This document shows, piece by piece, positions 24,224 through 35,957 of a stretch of DNA of 64,000 nucleotides. The translations under genes were made by a program, and so were the position numbers. The stretch is from assembly GCA_034523115.1 (NCBI GenBank), contig JAXHKS010000024.1, positions 7,846 to 71,845 on the forward strand, in the 5' to 3' direction. Origin of the DNA: Flavobacteriaceae bacterium. GTDB taxonomy: Bacteria > Bacteroidota > Bacteroidia > Flavobacteriales > Flavobacteriaceae. The notes below the pieces were generated by a model. It was not told the origin of the DNA, searched no databases, and worked only from the letters and a program-made list of their open reading frames with translations. The stretch's first letter is position 1, and each line of letters begins with the position of its first letter.

Positions 24224-24988
24224 TTGATCCTCACTGATACACACGCGCATCTCTACGCAGAAGATTTTAATGCAGACAGGGAACTGGTTCTGAAAAGAGC
24301 GATAGATGCCGGAGTGCAACGTTTTTTTATACCGGCCATCGACAGTAATTTCTACCCCGCCATGCATGCATTAAAATTGATGTTTCCTGACAATATCTTC
24401 CTGATGGCCGGACTACACCCCACGCACGTCAAGGCCTATTTTGAAGAGGAATTGCGGGTTGTACAGGAACAACTTCAGCTGCATTCATATTGTGCCATCG
24501 GAGAGATCGGGCTGGATCTGTATTGGGATAAGTCACATTTTGATGAGCAACGTAGTGCTTTTAACACAACTTACCTGGGCCAAAGAAAAAAAACTCCGGT
24601 GGTCATTCACTGCAGGGACGCATTTGATGAAATCTTTGAAGTTTTGGAAGGGGAGGCGGACGAGAATTTATGGGGTATCTTCCATTGCTTTACAGGCACC
24701 TATGAACAGGCACAGCGGGCCATTGGTTTCAATATGAAGCTGGGTATTGGAGGAGCTGTTACCTTTAAGAATGGAAAAATAGATCAGTTTCTTGACAGAA
24801 TTGCGCTCGAACACATCGTTCTTGAAACCGATGCGCCGTATATGGCACCGGTTCCTTATCGCGGAAAGCGAAATGAAAGCCTTTATATTCTGCAGATCCT
24901 CAACAAATTAAGCGAAATTTACAAATGCCCGAAAGAGGAAATAGCCAGAATAACTACTGAAAATTCAAAGGCTGTTTTTGGAATCTGA
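24224..24988 (+). CDS. tatD: TatD-family hydrolase
   Basis: DTHAH, GLHP, AIGEIGLD, IHCR, FHCF, LETDAPY; -7 element TATCTTTG at 24194-24201. Confidence 0.95.
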   Translation: MILTDTHAHLYAEDFNADRELVLKRAIDAGVQRFFIPAIDSNFYPAMHALKLMFPDNIFLMAGLHPTHVKAYFEEELRVVQEQLQLHSYCAIGEIGLDLYWDKSHFDEQRSAFNTTYLGQRKKTPVVIHCRDAFDEIFEVLEGEADENLWGIFHCFTGTYEQAQRAIGFNMKLGIGGAVTFKNGKIDQFLDRIALEHIVLETDAPYMAPVPYRGKRNESLYILQILNKLSEIYKCPKEEIARITTENSKAVFGI

Positions 24989-25002
24989 GATGTACAAATT
25001 AG

Positions 25003-25488
25003 ATGGAAAATACAGTAACTGCTTATGTGAAAACACCAATTGGATTTGCCAGAATCACTGGAAATGATGACGGTATCTCTGAAATATCAATCGGTGATGA
25101 ATTCGGGAATCAGCCGGCAAATATACCTGATTGTATGGCTGAGGCGGTTGTGCAGCTGGAGGAATATTTTTTAAAAGAACGCACTGATTTTGATCTGAAG
25201 CTAAACATCAAAGGAACAGATTTTCAAAAAAAAGTATGGGAATTCCTGCGAAAAATACCCTATGGAAAAACCATGACCTATATGGAACAGTCCCTTTGTT
25301 TAGGAGATAAAAAAGCGATTCGTGCTGTTGCCTCGGCCAATGGTAAAAACCCGTTTTGGATTGTCATACCCTGTCATCGGGTAATTGGGAGTGACGGTGC
25401 ATTAACAGGTTATGCAGGCGGCATTTGGCGCAAAAATTGGCTGCTTCAACACGAATTGGCCATTTCGCAATTGCAATTGTTTCTCTGA
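25003..25488 (+). CDS. ogt: Methylated-DNA--protein-cysteine methyltransferase
   Basis: GTDFQKKVW, IPYG, RAVASAN, active site IPCHRVIG. Confidence 0.95.
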   Translation: MENTVTAYVKTPIGFARITGNDDGISEISIGDEFGNQPANIPDCMAEAVVQLEEYFLKERTDFDLKLNIKGTDFQKKVWEFLRKIPYGKTMTYMEQSLCLGDKKAIRAVASANGKNPFWIVIPCHRVIGSDGALTGYAGGIWRKNWLLQHELAISQLQLFL

Positions 25489-25546
25489 CTTCTGCAATTG
25501 CTGGAAAATTCCACTATTTTTGGTTTAGATATAGGTTGTTTTATAG

Positions 25547-28500
25547 ATGAAAGTTCGGATATTATTTGTTTTCCTGATCACTTGTTTTGCCGCTTTGGCA
25601 CAGGATGATCCCGGTAAACGGATCATAAAGGATTTGGTGGTTACTGACAGCATCCTTCAAATAGATAGCCTGAGCCTAAGTCCCTATGACTTTAAAATAT
25701 TTTACAACAAAAATATTGAGATCGCTCCATCCGGCTATTGGGTTGATTTTGCTAAGGCACAGTTGCATATCCAGGGGGGATCTCAATGAATTTCCAAAAG
25801 AAATCCGGGTTCAATACACCTTGCTTCCCGATTTCATCACAAAAAAGTATTCCGCCCTCGACCCGCGCATCATCAGCGACAAGACAGTAGATATTACGGG
25901 TTTATACTACCCGGAGAAGGCCAGGGGGCAGGTGAATGAATTATTTGGAGGATTAAATTCTACAGGTAGCCTGTCAAGAAGTATTACAGTGGGAAATAAC
26001 CAGGACGCGGTCATAAATTCTAATTTCAATCTTCAGCTGGAAGGAGAACTTTCAAAAAATGTATCTATCAGAGCCTCTATAACAGACAATAACATTCCTT
26101 TAAGTGATGGAGGATACACGCAGAGAATTCAGGATTTCGATAAATATACCTGGAGATCTACAGCAAAGACTGGACCCTTCAGGGTGGCGACATCAATCTG
26201 ACGAATACCGGAAACTATTTTATGAAGTTCAGCAAAAAGATCACCGGCTTGTATTTGGGGGCCAATCTTAATTCCGGTTTTGGAGATCTGTCTGTTTTTG
26301 CTTCCGGCGGTCGTGGTAAGGGGTAGTTTCAGCACCTACAAATTCAACGGGTCAGAAGGAAATCAGGGTCCGTACAAAATTGTCGGTGAAAATAGTGAAC
26401 AGGTATTTTACATCTTATCGGGCAGCGAAACGGTTTACGCCAATGGTATCCCATTAAAAAGAGGTGATAACAATGATTATATGATAGATTACACGAACGG
26501 TGAAATAATTTTTACACCCTTATTTCCTGTTAATGCGAATATGCGCTTTACCATCGACTACCAAATTGCTGAAAATAATTACACCAGATTTATCTCCTAT
26601 AACGGCATAAAGGTTTCCAATGAAAAATTGGATATTTCTGTCAATTATTACAATGAAACAGACTCTAAAAACAGGCCTGTGGTGCAGGAGCTCACAGAGT
26701 TCCAGCAAACGGTTTTATCAGAAGCCGGTGATGATAAACTCAAGATGATCAGTCCCTCAGCAGTCCCTGGAGCATATGCAAGCAATAAAATACTGTACAA
26801 AAAGATCCTGGTAGACGGAGCAGAACATTACGTTTACAGCAATGATCCGGCAGAGGTACTGTACGAAGTAAGGTTTTCTCAGGTGGGTAAAAACAAGGGT
26901 GATTATGATATAGTGACCACCCTTGCAGCCGGCAGGGTTTTTGGTTATGTTCCTCCCGCGGAGGGTATAAAGCAAGGCTCTTATGCCGCCCTTATTCAGT
27001 TAATTGCTCCTGAATCTTATCAGATTGTCGATATAGCTACCAAATATGAGCCAAATGAAAAAATAGAGCTCAATGCAGAACTTGCGGTAAGTGTGTATGA
27101 CCAGAATTTATTTTCAGATCTGGATGATAACAATAACAATGGCTTCGCATCAAAAATTTTATATGAACAGCTGCTTTTGGATAAACGATGGGATCTTCGC
27201 GGCAATATAAATTACGAATACATCGCTGATAATTTCAGAACCATTGAGAGGTACAGAAATATAGAATTTCTTAGAGACTGGAACCTCATTGATCCCCAGG
27301 CAATTTTGTTGCAGGACCAGCAGTTTGCGGCCGGGGGGCTCACTTTTTCAGATAAAAAAGAATCCAAATTGGTGTATCAGTTTGAAAACCTGCGTTTCAA
27401 CGAGGCATACCAGGGCACTAGAAACTACTTGTCAGGAGTTATGAAATTCAAAAAAACCAGAATTGATCTGAATTCAGCCCTGTTACAGTCAGCTACTGAA
27501 AAAGAAAAAACCAATTTTTTAAGATCCTATTTTGCTTTACTGCAAAATATTGGCAATGGCTGGGTTGGGGCTAAAACCAATTTTGAACGCAACGAAATAA
27601 CGGAAAAAAGGTACAAATAACTTAAACCTTTTGAGCCATCAATTAATTGATATTGATGGATTTACAGGAGCTAGGTGACAGCACCAAAACTTATGCCGAA
27701 AATAGGATATCGCTACCAAAAAACAGATAGTGTGAAGTTCAATGACCTTACCAATTTCAATCAGGCAAATACCTATTATGCAAAAATAAAATTTGAGCCC
27801 TTTAAGGACGGCACGTTTATTTTGAACTCGAATTACAGAAAGGTGAACAATAAATTCGATGATCAGGAAGAAAGTATCAATGGGCGGATGAGCTACAGCC
27901 AGGCTTTGTTCAAGAATATGATAAATTTCAATATCAATTACCAGACCCGTTCGGGCGTATTGCCCCAACAGGATTTTTCTTTTGTAGAAGTAGAACCTGG
28001 CAAAGGATTTTATTCCTGGATCGATTTCAATAACAACGGTATCCAGGAACTCGACGAATTTGTAGTAGCCGCCTTTCCTGACGAGGCAATCTATGTAAAA
28101 GTCCCGCTGCCGACAGTTCTTTATATCAGGTCTCATGAGAACAGGTTCAGCCAGGCGATTAATCTGCAGGCAATGTCTTGGAAGAACCAGACAGGATTTA
28201 AAAAAATAGCTTCCCATTTCAGCGATCAGGCATTTTTTTTAATACAATCCAATGAAAGAAGAGATGAGGGATCTATAAATTTTAATCCTTTTGGTTTTGA
28301 GGAGGGCCAACTGCTCTCGCTTGACCAGCAGATCAGAAATAGTTTATTTTTTAACCGTGGACTTCAAAAATTCAGTACAGGGTATCTCTTTCTTAAAAAC
28401 CGAAAAAAAAGTTTTTTTGCCGTTGATAACCAGGATGTATCAATAAGAACCCACGAAATTACTTTTTCGCATCGCATCAATACCTTCTGGCTTTTTGATA

Positions 28501-28965
28501 TGAATACTTCAATAAGCAATACCGAGTCTGAATCAACAGTTTTTTTCAATAGAAACTATGCCTTAGAGAGTTATGAGCTCAGCCCTAAGATCTCATTTTT
28601 TTTTGACAAAAAGCTCAGATTTGATGCGGCTTATACATTTAAAGACAAGGAGAATAAAATACAAACCATGGATAAGCTTGCCATGGATAAATTGAGTTTT
28701 GGAGGGCAATACACAAACCTGAATAAAATTACCGTTCTGGGCAATTTTAATTATATCAGGAATACCTTTGACGGAAATTCAAATTCTGTGGTGGGATACC
28801 AGATGCTGGAAGGTTTTCAGCCGGGTAAAAACCTTACCTGGAATCTGAGTCTCCAGAAAAGATTGCTAACTTACCTTGATTTGAACTTTAATTATTCCGG
28901 GTAGAAAATCTGAAACTTCCAATACCATTCATACAGGTACCCTTCAGGTAAGGGCAAGTTTTTAG
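25547..28965 (+). CDS. Large (~1,130 aa) uncharacterised outer-membrane protein, several fragments
   Basis: Signal peptide; GSLSRSITVGNNQD; GSETVYANGIPLKRG..NDYMIDYTNGEIIF; long amphipathic beta-strand region; ends ...GTLQVRASF* (TAG 28963-28965). Confidence 0.75.
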
Positions 28966-28966
28966 G

Positions 28967-29338
28967 TCAGTCGAATCCTTTCCATTCAATTCGGATGGAA
29001 CCATTTTTGGGATTGTCTTCATCTTCCCCGTTGTAGGCAATAAATTCGGGAACCAGATTATTGCGAACCTCGGTTTGGAAGTTTTTCCCATCACCTACAA
29101 TGGCTGTGTACTCCGCTGCACGATCCAAAACCACATCTTCGAGGATAATGGTTTCCCCGCCATTGGCACCGGTAAGTATGATATTGGCTTTAATGTTTTC
29201 GGCATTGATCACAAAGGAATGTTTTCCGGCATTTTTGAATTCATAGCTTCCCGATATCTCTTTCAAGTCTTCGTTTACCGAACATGAAAAAAGAATAAGG
29301 CAGTACAGGGAAAAAATTAATGTCCTCAAAAACAACAT
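28967..29338 (-). CDS. Small hypothetical lipoprotein
   Basis: Intact 123-aa ORF with lipobox LFSC. Confidence 0.65.
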   Translation of the reverse strand: MLFLRTLIFSLYCLILFSCSVNEDLKEISGSYEFKNAGKHSFVINAENIKANIILTGANGGETIILEDVVLDRAAEYTAIVGDGKNFQTEVRNNLVPEFIAYNGEDEDNPKNGSIRIEWKGFD

Positions 29339-29448
29339 AAAAAACTTTTTACCTATATAACGTAAAAGAAGCCTGATTTATTGTATAAGTAATTGATGGC
29401 CAGTAGTTTTAATATACAATCTTGCCTTAGCCACTTACAATGGCAATA

Positions 29449-32025
29449 TTATGCTGAATTACGGCTTGCATTGATGTTACCGAATAAGGACCTGGTAACA
29501 ATGGTTTCGTAAATTTCAATCAGTGTATCATTTCTTTTTCTTCAGATCTGAGTTCGTTCAGGCGCATCAAAGCATTTTGCTGAATGGTTAATAAAGGCAG
29601 CACTATAGACTCTCGGATCTCAACAGAAGCTTTCCCTTCAGGGTAGTTTTCCATAAGTTCTCTGTGATTGGCAAGTTTCAATGTCAGCCTTTTGGAAGTC
29701 AAAAACTCATCGTAAATCAATTGCCAGAAATCACCATATTCCGGATTGTCCTTCATGTATCTGGTTAGGTCGAAATTCGATTTTTTCATAGCCATCATGC
29801 TATTTTCAATGAGGCTTCTGAAGAATTTGGCGTTGTTGTACAAAGCAATTAGTTCATCAAAGCGACCGTTTTCTTCATATTTTTTAAGTGCAGCCCCAAC
29901 ACCGTAAAAACCGGGCACATTTTGCTTTAACTGGCTCCAGGAGCCAACAAAAGGGATGGCGCGAAGATCGGTGAAAACGAGTTCACTCGACTTTCCTCTT
30001 TTGGAAGGCCTGCTGCCTATATTGGTTTTCGAGTAGTAGTTTAAGGTACTTACATTTTCAAGATAGGGTAAAAATTTAGGGTGGTTTTTAAATTCTTCAT
30101 AAGCACGGTAGCTAAGATCGGCCAGGTCATTCAGCAGCACTTTTTCTTCAACATGCAGCCTGTTCTTGGAACCTTCCAGAATCTGGTTAGAAATTCCGGA
30201 GCTAATCAGCTGCTCGAGATTAAACTGGGAAGAATCTATGGTACCAAAATTGGAGCTGATCGTTTGCCCCTGCACTGTAAGCTGTATTTCCTCGCTTTCA
30301 ATATCAGGGCCCAAAGAGGCATAAAACTGGTGCGTCTTTCCGCCCCCACGCGCTGGCGGACCACCACGGCCATCAAAAAAGATGATTTTGATATTGTTTT
30401 TACGCGAGATTTCCGTTAGTTTTTCCTTGGCCAGATAGATTGCCCAGTTGGCTTTTAAATAACCGCCATCTTTTGTGCCGTCAGAGAAACCGAGCATGAC
30501 CACCTGTTTATTACCTCTATGTTTTAAATGCTTTTTATAAATCGTGTTATTGTAAAGCTCCGTCATCACTGCCTCAGCATTGGCCAGGTCATTGATGGTC
30601 TCAAACAGGGGTACTATGTCAATGGGAAGTTCCTGTACCATAACCTGATAATCGGAAGAGTGCAAAGACTTCGAATACATTGAGGGCACTCTGGTTGTTG
30701 CTGATGATATATCTGTTGGAGCCTTTTTCTCCATTGGCTTTCTGGATACTCTTTATGGATCTTACAGAACCCAAAGTATTTTTTGCAAGCCCATCTGTAA
30801 AACTCTCAGGTTCAAGGTCTCCTGATACTTTTTCTAAAACGCTGATTCGCTCTTTCGAACTCATTTCGAAATAATTTGCAGGCAGCAGACCCGGCTTGGC
30901 TTCGGAAATACTGCGAAGTACCTGGTTGTGAATTCTGCTGTCTTGTCTGATATCCAGCGTTGCAAAATGGTACCCGAACAACCGTACCTTATGCATCAGG
31001 TCATCGACTTCAGGTAAAAACAGCGATTGGTGTTTTTCGATAATTAATTTGCGGATGGTTACGATTTTTTCGAATAAATCCTCCAATGAAATAAGCGGTG
31101 CCTGGTTGGGGTTTGTGAAACTCTGGTAAAGTTTATTTTCAATTTCAACTACTATAGGTTCAACATTTTTAAATGTAAGCCTTCTTTTCAACCGCCTGAT
31201 ATCCCGGTAATAATTCCTCAAAGCTGCATTCCGCAAACGGTTGGCTACCTGCAGCGTGATTTCTGTCGTCACAAAAGGGTTTCCATCACGATCGCCCCCG
31301 GGCCAAAAACCAATGCTGATGATCTCATTGTCGATTTCCTTGTTTTCGTATATGTTGTTTTTTATGTAATGATAAATGTTGCTCACCGAATAGTAAAATA
31401 CATTTTCGAGAAACCAGGTGAGGCTGATCGCCTCATCCAGAGGTGTAGGTTTATCGTCTTTTAAGAATGGCGTTTTACCTAACTGGGCCAAAAGTTTTTT
31501 AATATCTGTAAGTTCGTTTCTCTCAATGGCCGAAGTGAGATCCGTTATAATGCCAAGCACTGATCCGGGATAGAACTGGGTAGGGTGGGCAGTTAAAACA
31601 ATCCTGACTTTAAAATCCTCCAAATACTGCCGAAGGGCTTCTTTTTTATTGCGTTCAAAAGCGATCTCTTTTGTGCTTCGAATGGTTCCAATGCCATCCA
31701 TATTATTCACGACCGGAAAGGCTGCATCTTCTACGGCATCAAACAAAACTACCTGACGTTCAATATATTGAATGAATCTGAACATTAAATTGATCTGCTC
31801 TTCTTCAGTTGGATTGTCATCGTACTTTTCAAAAAAATAATCAATAATCTGCCTTGGATTTTTTCCTTGAGCCAAACCCGATTCACAAACTTGTTTAAAC
31901 AAGGGCAGTAAAACACCCGTATCCCCGATATTGTCAAATGGCAAGGTGATGAAAATACTGTTGTATATTTGAAATTTCGATAAGACAAACTGATTAAAAC
32001 GGGTTAATTTGGGTTCAGTTATCAT
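29449..32025 (-). CDS. ppc: Phosphoenolpyruvate carboxylase (indels near 30650 and 29520)
   Basis: VLTAHPTQ, GGDRDGNP, VPLFET, VMLGFSDGTKDGG, FFDGRGG, LRAIPFVGSWSQ, C-terminal NASRNSA. Confidence 0.96.
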
Positions 32026-32154
32026 AATTTTGATGCTTTTGGCTACAAAAATAAACTATATAACTTAATAATGTTAATTTAAAAAAAATGATCTTTCTTT
32101 ATTTTATAGATTTTACGACTGTTATATCATTAAATATTTCTTACCTATTTAACA

Positions 32155-32185
32155 AAAAAAGCTGCTAATCAATAGCAGCTTTTTT
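32155..32185 (-). terminator. Intrinsic terminator after hsp20
   Basis: AAAAAAGCTGCTA-ATCAA-TAGCAGCTTTTTT inverted repeat. Confidence 0.85.
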
Positions 32186-32201
32186 AATGGTTTCAGTAAG
32201 A

Positions 32202-32618
32202 TTACTGCACTTCAATTTGTTTTGGTTTATAAACGACCACTTCCTTTTTTGGAACCAAGATCGTCAGTTCACCTGCATGGTAAGTAGCGGTAATCTTATC
32301 TTTTTCAACCAGGTCTTTGGGCAGGTTAAAGGTTCGCTTAAAGGAATTAAAGTTGTACTCTTTCAAATTGTATTTACCTTTTAATTCTTCCGTTTCGAAC
32401 TTTTTATCTGCACTTACAGACAAGACATCTTCCTCTATATCAATGATAAAATCTTTTTTTTCTAAACCGGGAACCGCCAGATGAATGGCATAATCGGTTT
32501 CGCTTTCAACAATATTGGCCGCCGGAATATTAACCGATGGGTCAATTGTCTGAATAGCTAGGTCTTTGAGAATTTCATCAAAAATATGGGGCATAAATGG
32601 GCTTTTTTTAACTAACAT
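32202..32618 (-). CDS. Small heat-shock protein (Hsp20/alpha-crystallin)
   Basis: PAANIVE, LAVPGLEKKDF, SFKRTFNLP, ATYHAGELTILVPK. Confidence 0.93.
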   Translation of the reverse strand: MLVKKSPFMPHIFDEILKDLAIQTIDPSVNIPAANIVESETDYAIHLAVPGLEKKDFIIDIEEDVLSVSADKKFETEELKGKYNLKEYNFNSFKRTFNLPKDLVEKDKITATYHAGELTILVPKKEVVVYKPKQIEVQ

Positions 32619-32660
32619 AATTTTTAAATTTTAATGGTTAATACTTTTATTTTAACAAAA

Positions 32661-32675
32661 GCAAAGGGTATGCCA
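32661..32675 (-). promoter_or_regulatory. Candidate sigma54-type -24/-12 promoter of hsp20
   Basis: Minus strand TGGCATACCCTTTGC = GG-N10-GC, 42 nt upstream of ATG. Confidence 0.6.
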
Positions 32676-32754
32676 CTGCATTTGTACTGAAAAAAAGTCA
32701 GTATAATTACTTTAGTTAATGTCATTTTGTCAATTGATTGTCAGATTTTTGAAT

Positions 32755-32789
32755 AAAAAAATAACCCCATTAAAAATAATAATGGGGTT
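32755..32789 (-). terminator. Intrinsic terminator after clpB
   Basis: AACCCCATTA...TAATGGGGTT stem with T-tract on the minus strand. Confidence 0.75.
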
Positions 32790-32839
32790 GGTGAATGATA
32801 AACTATTCTTCGCGAATAAGTTAAGGTGTCTAATCTAAA

Positions 32840-35427
32840 TTATTTGTTTCTGAATACGAATTTATCATTAAACGAATCTAGCAAAATTTCGCTTTGGGCA
32901 ACAATATTTCCTGCCAAAATCTCCTTTGAAAGCTCATTGAGTACTTCTTTTTGGATCACACGTTTTATGGGTCTGGCACCGTATTGCGGATCGAAGCCTT
33001 TTTCTGTCAAACTTTCAATAGCTTCTTCTGTTGCCGAAAACAGGATATTTTTTTCCTTCAACATCCGGGTTAGTAATTCCAGCTGCAGTTTCACAATTTT
33101 TGTCACCTCTTGTTTGTTTAGCGGAGTGAACATAATGATCTCGTCAATCCTGTTGAGGAACTCAGGACGAATGGTCTTTTTAAGCAAATCTACAACCTCA
33201 TCCTTTGTTTTTTCAATTACCTTTTCGCGTTCCTGCATATTGATATTCTCGAAATTATCCTGTATTATTTGAGAACCCATGTTCGAGGTCATGATAATAA
33301 TGGTGTTTTTAAAATCGGCAACACGTCCTTTATTATCGGTTAACCTGCCCTCGTCCAGCACCTGAAGGAGAATATTAAAGGTATCCGGATGGGCTTTTTC
33401 GATCTCATCCAGCAGGATCACAGAGTAGGGCTTTCTTCTTACAGCCTCAGTCAATTGTCCGCCTTCCTCATAGCCGATATATCCAGGAGGTGCACCAATA
33501 AGCCTGCTTACAGCATGCCTTTCCTGGTATTCGCTCATGTCAATTCTGGTGATTGAGGTTTCATCATTAAACAGGTATTCTGCCAAAGCCTTGGCAAGTT
33601 CTGTTTTTCCCACCCCAGTAGTTCCCAGAAACAAAAAGGTGCCAATGGGCTTTTTGCTGTCCTGCAAACCTGCCCGTGAACGTCTTACCGCATCTGAAAC
33701 TGCGCGAATTGCCTCGTCTTGTCCGATCACTTTCCTGTGCAATTCTTCTTCGAGCTGCAACAATTTCATGCGGTCGCTTTCGAGCATTTTTTGCACGGTA
33801 TGCCGGTCCATTTGGCCACAACTTCTGCGATATCTTCACTGGTGACCTCTTCCTTGATCATGGCAGTAGCCTGGTTCTTTTCGAGCTCTTTCTGCAGTAC
33901 TGCCAGTTTTTCTTCTTCTTTTTTAATTTTGCCATAACGCAATTCTGCCACCAGGCCGTAATTGCCTTCTCTTTCTGCGCGTCCGGCTTCCAGGGTGTAG
34001 TTTTCTATAGCCTTTTTGGTATCTTGAATATGGTCGACAATTTCTTTTTCACTGGTCCATTTTGCATTGACCTCATTTCTTTTTTCTTTCAGGTTTGCCA
34101 ATTCCTCTTTTAAGGAAGTCAGTTTTTTCTGATCATTTTCTCTCTTAATGGCCTCGGTCTCTATTTCCAACTGCATGATTTTTCTGTCGAGCACATCCAG
34201 CTCTTCCGGCTTGGAATTAATTTCCATGCGCAATTTGGCTGCTGCTTCATCTATCAAATCAATGGCCTTGTCCGGAAGAAATCGGTCTGTTATGTATCGT
34301 TTCGACAATTCAACAGCTGCAATAATGGCGCTGTCTTTGATCTGCACTTTGTGGTGGCTCTCATATTTATCCTTGATTCCTCTTAAAATGGAAATCGCAC
34401 TTTCAGTATCAGGTTCATCCACCATTACCTTCTGGAACCTTCTTTCAAGCGCTTTGTCTTTTTCAAAATGTTTCTGGTATTCATCCAGGGTAGTGGCCCC
34501 AATGGCCCTCAATTCACCTCTGGCCAGGGCAGGTTTCAAAATGTTTGCAGCATCCATGGCGCCTTCGCCACCACCGGCACCTACCAGCGTATGAATCTCA
34601 TCAATAAACAGAACAATATCGCCTTCTGCAGAAATGACTTCCTTAACCACTGATTTAAGCCTTTCTTCAAATTCTCCTTTGTATTTTGCCCCGGCAATAA
34701 GCGAGCCCATATCCAATGAGTAAATCACCTTGTTCTGCAAATTTTCAGGCACATCGCCTTTTACTATTCTGTGCGCCAGACCTTCGGCTATGGCTGTTTT
34801 TCCTGTTCCGGGTTCACCTATGAGAATGGGGTTGTTCTTCGTTCTCCTGGAAAGTATTTGCAGGATCCTTCTGATTTCCTCATCCCTGCCAATCACCGGA
34901 TCCAGTTTGCCCTCGTTCGCCAGCTTATTTAAATTTTTAGCGTATTTGTTCAAGGCATTGTAGGTTTCCTCTGCGCTTTGGGAAGTAACTTTATTTCCTT
35001 TTCGCAGCAATTCAATGCTGTTCCTCAGTTCTTTTTCAGTGATTCCGCTATCCTTGAGCAACTGAGAAGCGGGATCCTTGCTGCTGAGTATAGCCAGAAG
35101 CAAATGCTCCAGAGAAACATATTCATCCTTCATTTCCTTTGCGATCTTTTCGGCTTCCAGCAAGGTGTTATTTGTGTTTTTTGAAAGCATGATCTCCCCA
35201 CCCTGTACTTTAGGATAACTTTTTACAATACTCTCCAGAGTTTGTTTAAAAACAACAAGATTTACTCCTGATTTATTTAAGATAAAAGGCGTTACATTTT
35301 CGTCAACTTCGAGAATACCCTTTAATAAATGGGCATTTTCTATCTGTTGCTGGCCAAATCCATAAGCGATCTGCTGTGCTTTCTGTAGGGCCTCTTGTGA
35401 TTTTATGGTATAATTATTAAAGTTCAT
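32840..35427 (-). CDS. clpB: ATP-dependent disaggregase ClpB (one indel near 33800)
   Basis: [12 protein letters not shown] start, [20 protein letters not shown], coiled-coil M domain, [19 protein letters not shown]. Confidence 0.97.
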
Positions 35428-35456
35428 CTGAATTAATTTAAGTATTAATGCAATGG

Positions 35457-35471
35457 TCAAATAATATTCCA
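35457..35471 (-). promoter_or_regulatory. Candidate sigma54-type -24/-12 promoter of clpB
   Basis: Minus strand TGGAATATTATTTGA = GG-N10-GA, 29 nt upstream of ATG. Confidence 0.45.
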
Positions 35472-35609
35472 AAGGTTCAATACAATAAAATTATGCCAAA
35501 ATGACTGATAACACCAATGATTTATGCCTAATTGACATTATGGGGATTGTCTTAAAATAGTGTAATTTTGCTGCTTAAAAAACTACCTGAATTAATTTCA
35601 ATTTATCGA

Positions 35610-35957
35610 ATGACAAGCAACAAAGAATGGAATCAGATAAGCGACCTCAGCGACCTTAAGCTGATTAAACAAGAATCGAACAAGAAAAAAGTCCTAATTT
35701 TTAAGCACAGCACCCGTTGCGGTACCAGCAGGATGGTGTTGCGAAGTTTTGAAACCAAACTGACAGAATTGAATAAGAACTATGAACTGTATTACCTTGA
35801 TCTCTTGCAATACCGCGCAATATCAAATGCTATAGAAGCCGAGTTTCAGGTAAAACACGAATCCCCGCAATTGCTCATCATAGAGAACGAAAAAGCGGTA
35901 AACAGCGCAGCACATTACGATATTATTGAACTAACCGAATTGATGGTCAAAGGTTGA
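35610..35957 (+). CDS. ytxJ: Monothiol bacilliredoxin YtxJ/BrxC
   Basis: IFKHSTRCGTS, YYLDLL, VKHESPQ; -7 element TAATTTTG at 35563-35570 favours ATG 35610. Confidence 0.9.
   Translation: MTSNKEWNQISDLSDLKLIKQESNKKKVLIFKHSTRCGTSRMVLRSFETKLTELNKNYELYYLDLLQYRAISNAIEAEFQVKHESPQLLIIENEKAVNSAAHYDIIELTELMVKG

Noticed and set aside
33766-33811. clpB split as a programmed frameshift or two-gene ClpB
   Set aside because: The break falls in the conserved WTGIPVxKM segment and one added base restores it; same error pattern as other genes.
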